Shown one piece after another: positions 17,348 through 20,000 of a DNA stretch of 20,000 nucleotides. The DNA lies in IMG/VR virus record IMGVR_UViG_3300020043_002236, positions 44,054-64,053 of that record. One strand, written 5' to 3'. How positions within the stretch are numbered: the stretch's first letter is position 1; each line of letters begins with the position of its first letter. Under the pieces are notes generated by a model, which had not been told where the DNA came from, made no database searches, and saw only the letters and a list, made by a program, of their open reading frames with translations. Source of the stretch: an uncultured virus (IMG/VR IMGVR_UViG_3300020043_002236). Taxonomy: Duplodnaviria > Heunggongvirae > Uroviricota > Caudoviricetes > Crassvirales. The translations under genes were made by a program, and so were the position numbers.

Positions 17348-17988
17348 AAATTAAACGCTTTTAATGTATGTTCAAATGGATTCCCTTCAATATTTTTTAC
17401 GATATCTAACATGTTCTGAGCTAATTCTCTAACCTCAACTTGAGCATGCTCTGAGTTTCTTAGTCCTTGAAAGTGAGCAAAGCTTCTCCAATTAAATGAA
17501 ATATCTAAGGTAATTTGAGAATTCATTGTCTTAAAGAAACGCGCTGACTCTTTAGCTCTTTTTCTACCAAGCACCGGGGTCAATTCATTTAATGATTGAT
17601 GATATAAGTAATTTGCCTCATTAGTGAATTTTTGTAATGCTTCAGCCCATGTAACTACGTTATCACTCATCTCAGCGCCAAACCAATCTTCAGGAATATA
17701 CGTCTTATCCTCTTTTAATTCTTTATACCTAGCACTTTCTCCGTTAATTTGAACTCCGATACGGTGCTTCAATAAATGAATATGAGTAGCTTGATCAACA
17801 TTAACTAAAAAGTGAAGTTGACTTTTTTCAAATGGCGTATGGTGACCTTCTGAAGCAAGCATAAATAATAATTTAGGAACTCTTCCTATCTTATCTTCAG
17901 TCAATTCCCTTGATGTAGATGTCCAAGCAGACTGTGCGTGGACCTGATCTGATCCGTAGTAACCTAATAACTCGACACTATTTTTCAT
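17344..17988 (-). CDS. thyX: Flavin-dependent thymidylate synthase
   Basis: GHHTPFE, KHRIGVQINGESARY (ThyX RHRx7SxR motif with K variant), ESARFF, NWRSFAHF, LRNSEHAQVEVRELA. Confidence 0.93.
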   Translation of the reverse strand: MKNSVELLGYYGSDQVHAQSAWTSTSRELTEDKIGRVPKLLFMLASEGHHTPFEKSQLHFLVNVDQATHIHLLKHRIGVQINGESARYKELKEDKTYIPEDWFGAEMSDNVVTWAEALQKFTNEANYLYHQSLNELTPVLGRKRAKESARFFKTMNSQITLDISFNWRSFAHFQGLRNSEHAQVEVRELAQNMLDIVKNIEGNPFEHTLKAFNL

Positions 17989-18400
17989 TTCTTAGTCTTT
18001 CAAGATAAAGTATTCCATCCATAAGCTCTTGTTGTAAGTGCTCAGCCCATCCGTCGAAGTTAATGTCTTTTCTATCTAGAGTGGTTCCATATTTTTTAAT
18101 ACCCACATCAGACCTATCTTTAAACTTTTTAATTACTGACTCAACGACAGAGTCTGTCTTTACAGTTTCAAATATTACAGGAATGTTCTGTATATAAGCC
18201 TCTGGGTTGTTTTTTACTCTCTTAAAGTGATCTTTAAAATCATCTGACTTATCCATCTGATGTGTTGGATCAAACAAAGAAGGTAGTATATTTTTACCTG
18301 TGGCTTCATACGTCCATCCAGATTTATACGCTAGCGTACCATCATTCATTATGTAGTCCTTAATACATCTGTACTGTTGTCCCTTTTTAATTGATTTCAT
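17978..18400 (-). CDS. Two-domain protein: small beta-rich N-terminal domain fused to an all-alpha MazG-like/NTP-PPase-like C-terminal domain
   Basis: C-terminal RSDVGIKKYGTTLDR...WAEHLQQELMDGILY has an E-xx-D acidic helix. ATG at 18400 preferred over the TTG at 18406. Confidence 0.6.
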   Translation of the reverse strand: MKSIKKGQQYRCIKDYIMNDGTLAYKSGWTYEATGKNILPSLFDPTHQMDKSDDFKDHFKRVKNNPEAYIQNIPVIFETVKTDSVVESVIKKFKDRSDVGIKKYGTTLDRKDINFDGWAEHLQQELMDGILYLERLRNEK

Positions 18401-18536
18401 TTTCAATATATTTTAAAATTTTTCTTAATTCGTTTATAGCGTCTAGTACCTCTTGTTTTTCTGAATCACACATTCCCTCATAAATTGCATCGGTCTGATC
18501 ATTTATGTCTTTGATAATCTGTTGAATATTTTCCAT
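18387..18536 (-). CDS. Small acidic helical hypothetical protein (49 aa; not in the ORF track)
   Basis: Manual translation MENIQQIIKDINDQTDAIYEGMCDSEKQEVLDAINELRKILKYIENEIN*; fills the operon gap, has an A-rich leader and overlaps the next start. Confidence 0.7.
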   Translation of the reverse strand: MENIQQIIKDINDQTDAIYEGMCDSEKQEVLDAINELRKILKYIENEIN

Positions 18537-18601
18537 AATAGTTTTTTGTTTGTAAAGTTAAAGCATATAGCAATCAACATGTAAATAAGTTTTTAACAAA
18601 A

Positions 18602-19066
18602 TCAATATGTTTCTAACAATGTTTCTATCAATTTATACGTTAACTCTAGTTTGTCGTCAGGAACTTTATTCACCAAGTCAAATAACTTCTTTGCTTTATC
18701 GTTTATTTCGTATCTTCCGTATGTTAATTCTAAGTATCTTTCTTTTTCTACAGTAGTAATATCTAGAGCTAACAATATCTTGCTATACATCGCATACATT
18801 CTTTTGTATGGGCGTATATTATAATCAAACATTCTTAATGAGTTAATTATAGTTCCATGATTCTTTCCAATAGTATCTGCTATTTGCTGATATGTAAAGT
18901 AATAGTATTCATAAAGTATCTTTGAATACATACATCTGGCATCTATCTGTTTTTGCTCTCTGCAATTTCTATTGACGTCTACGTCCATCTCATACTTAAT
19001 ATATTCCTTTACTTTATCTGAGATATCTTTTAGTTCTTTTTCATCTCTTTTAAATTTCTTTGTCAT
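18602..19066 (-). CDS. DnaA domain IV-like (TrpR-like HTH) DNA-binding protein
   Basis: REQKQIDARCMYSKILYEY...TYQQIADTIGKNHGTIINSL resembles the DnaA C-terminal R...AR...IG..F.RDHTTV pattern; no AAA+ domain. Confidence 0.7.
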   Translation of the reverse strand: MTKKFKRDEKELKDISDKVKEYIKYEMDVDVNRNCREQKQIDARCMYSKILYEYYYFTYQQIADTIGKNHGTIINSLRMFDYNIRPYKRMYAMYSKILLALDITTVEKERYLELTYGRYEINDKAKKLFDLVNKVPDDKLELTYKLIETLLETY

Positions 19067-19317
19067 GGGTATATCTTTCCTTTAGTGTCGTGTAGGCAGA
19101 ACGCCTCAAAACCTTGTTTAATTAATTCATCTATTCTAAACCTCTGTAGTGGCTTCAGTGTGTCTCCACCCTCCTTGCACTCTATAAAAATAGTTTTTCC
19201 GTCTTTGAAACAGAACAGGTCTGGATAACCGCTAACGCTTAGCTTTATCGTGTTTATCACTATCCAACCCTCGTTCTCGTACTTCTTCTTTACTTTCGCT
19301 TGATGCTTGCTTGCCAT
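19063..19317 (-). CDS. VRR-NUC domain nuclease (Holliday junction resolvase-like)
   Basis: SGYPDL...FIECK...LKPLQ...L...GF PD-(D/E)xK pattern; 84 aa stand-alone. Confidence 0.85.
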   Translation of the reverse strand: MASKHQAKVKKKYENEGWIVINTIKLSVSGYPDLFCFKDGKTIFIECKEGGDTLKPLQRFRIDELIKQGFEAFCLHDTKGKIYP

Positions 19318-19432
19318 ATCCTTTACATTTATTACAGTATAATGTGTCAGTGAATCCTAGATTAATTATAGCTCTACAGTTGTTGCACAGAGTGACTCCG
19401 TCGCAGTTATTAAAATTGTGTAGTGGCCTCAT
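19232..19432 (-). CDS. Small zinc-ribbon protein
   Basis: CNNC...CNKC pair; ATGA-coupled to the upstream gene; tail overlaps the VRR-NUC gene by 86 nt. Confidence 0.6.
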   Translation of the reverse strand: MRPLHNFNNCDGVTLCNNCRAIINLGFTDTLYCNKCKGYGKQASSESKEEVRERGLDSDKHDKAKR

Positions 19433-19647
19433 AACTTTTCTATTTCTTGTTTAACTTCTTCCCAAAATTTAACGTTTTCAGTTACATATTCTTTTGAATT
19501 GTCTGCATATTTTATAATTTCCCACAATATCTCATCAACTGCTATTAATGCACATTGTTTTGCTTTTTCTTTTTTTTCGTAGTCTCTAATTGATAACAAT
19601 TGACAATACAATTCTACTAACTCTTTTGCTTTTTCTTTTGGTGTCAT
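19429..19647 (-). CDS. MTPKEKA-family small phage protein, copy 2
   Basis: MTPKEKAKELV...AKQCALIAVDEIL...FWEEVKQEIEKL. Confidence 0.8.
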   Translation of the reverse strand: MTPKEKAKELVELYCQLLSIRDYEKKEKAKQCALIAVDEILWEIIKYADNSKEYVTENVKFWEEVKQEIEKL

Positions 19648-19889
19648 AATTTTTCAATTTCTTGTTTAACTTTTTTTAAATATTCAAAATCAACATTTTT
19701 AATAAAAAAATTTTTAGAATCTACACGATATATATCTAATGTTTTTTTAGGTATATATTTCAATAATTTATTTATAGAAACTAATGCTATTTTAATTGGT
19801 AAATCTTTATTATAACCATATTCTAATTCTTTAAATAATAATTCTTCATATATTTTTATTAATTCTATTGCTTTTTCTTTTGGCGTCAT
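19644..19889 (-). CDS. MTPKEKA-family small phage protein, copy 1
   Basis: MTPKEKAIELI...IKIALVSINKLL...YLKKVKQEIEKL; ATG at 19889 aligns with the paralog start. Confidence 0.75.
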   Translation of the reverse strand: MTPKEKAIELIKIYEELLFKELEYGYNKDLPIKIALVSINKLLKYIPKKTLDIYRVDSKNFFIKNVDFEYLKKVKQEIEKL

Positions 19890-20000
19890 CACCTTTACGC
19901 AGGAGCAGGCCGGATTTAGTTCTGAAATCGAGGAGGAGATACTTTATGTATTGATGAGTCCGCTCACATACAGCATGTGTAGTCGATTAAAAAAGGATCT

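Larger units (their letters stand above)
1..20000. mobile_element. Bacteriophage genome segment (podovirus-like, likely Bacteroidota host)
   Basis: Gene order is stabilization protein, GNAT-like protein, three ejection-type proteins, converging on a phage nucleotide-metabolism operon (ThyX, MazG, VRR-NUC, GIY-YIG). Dense ATGA overlaps; no host housekeeping genes or integrase seen. Confidence 0.93.

Noticed and set aside
1..20000. Stop-codon reassignment (TAG or TGA recoding as in some crAss-like phages)
   Set aside because: Standard code 11 gives long ORFs at very high coding density; TAG and TGA both end genes at sensible boundaries.
19985..20000. Vector (pUC-origin-like AAAAAAGGATCT) contamination at the window end
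   Set aside because: The match is only about 12 low-complexity bases, and the upstream sequence does not resemble the plasmid origin as I recall it.

Overview
A 20 kb segment of an AT-rich tailed dsDNA phage of podovirus type, probably infecting Bacteroidota/Flavobacteriia. The host inference rests on SD-less A-rich translation starts, a TAnnTTTG promoter element and MTPKEKA-type small genes. The + strand (1-14662) is a virion module: a tail stabilization/nozzle (P22 gp10-like) gene apparently split in two around a Cys-rich accessory module, a small GNAT-like protein, and three putative ejected internal virion proteins. The last of these is a 2226-aa polyvalent protein with GNAT-like and HExxH zincin-like domains. 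The - strand (14655-19889) is a tightly coupled DNA/nucleotide-metabolism operon: MazG-like pyrophosphatase, free-standing GIY-YIG homing endonuclease, metallophosphoesterase, ThyX, a second MazG-like fusion, a DnaA domain IV-like HTH protein, VRR-NUC and tandem paralogous small genes. The two arms meet at a perfect 22-bp palindrome that makes both converging proteins end in KASN-stop. All family assignments come from motif recognition by eye; no database search was run.
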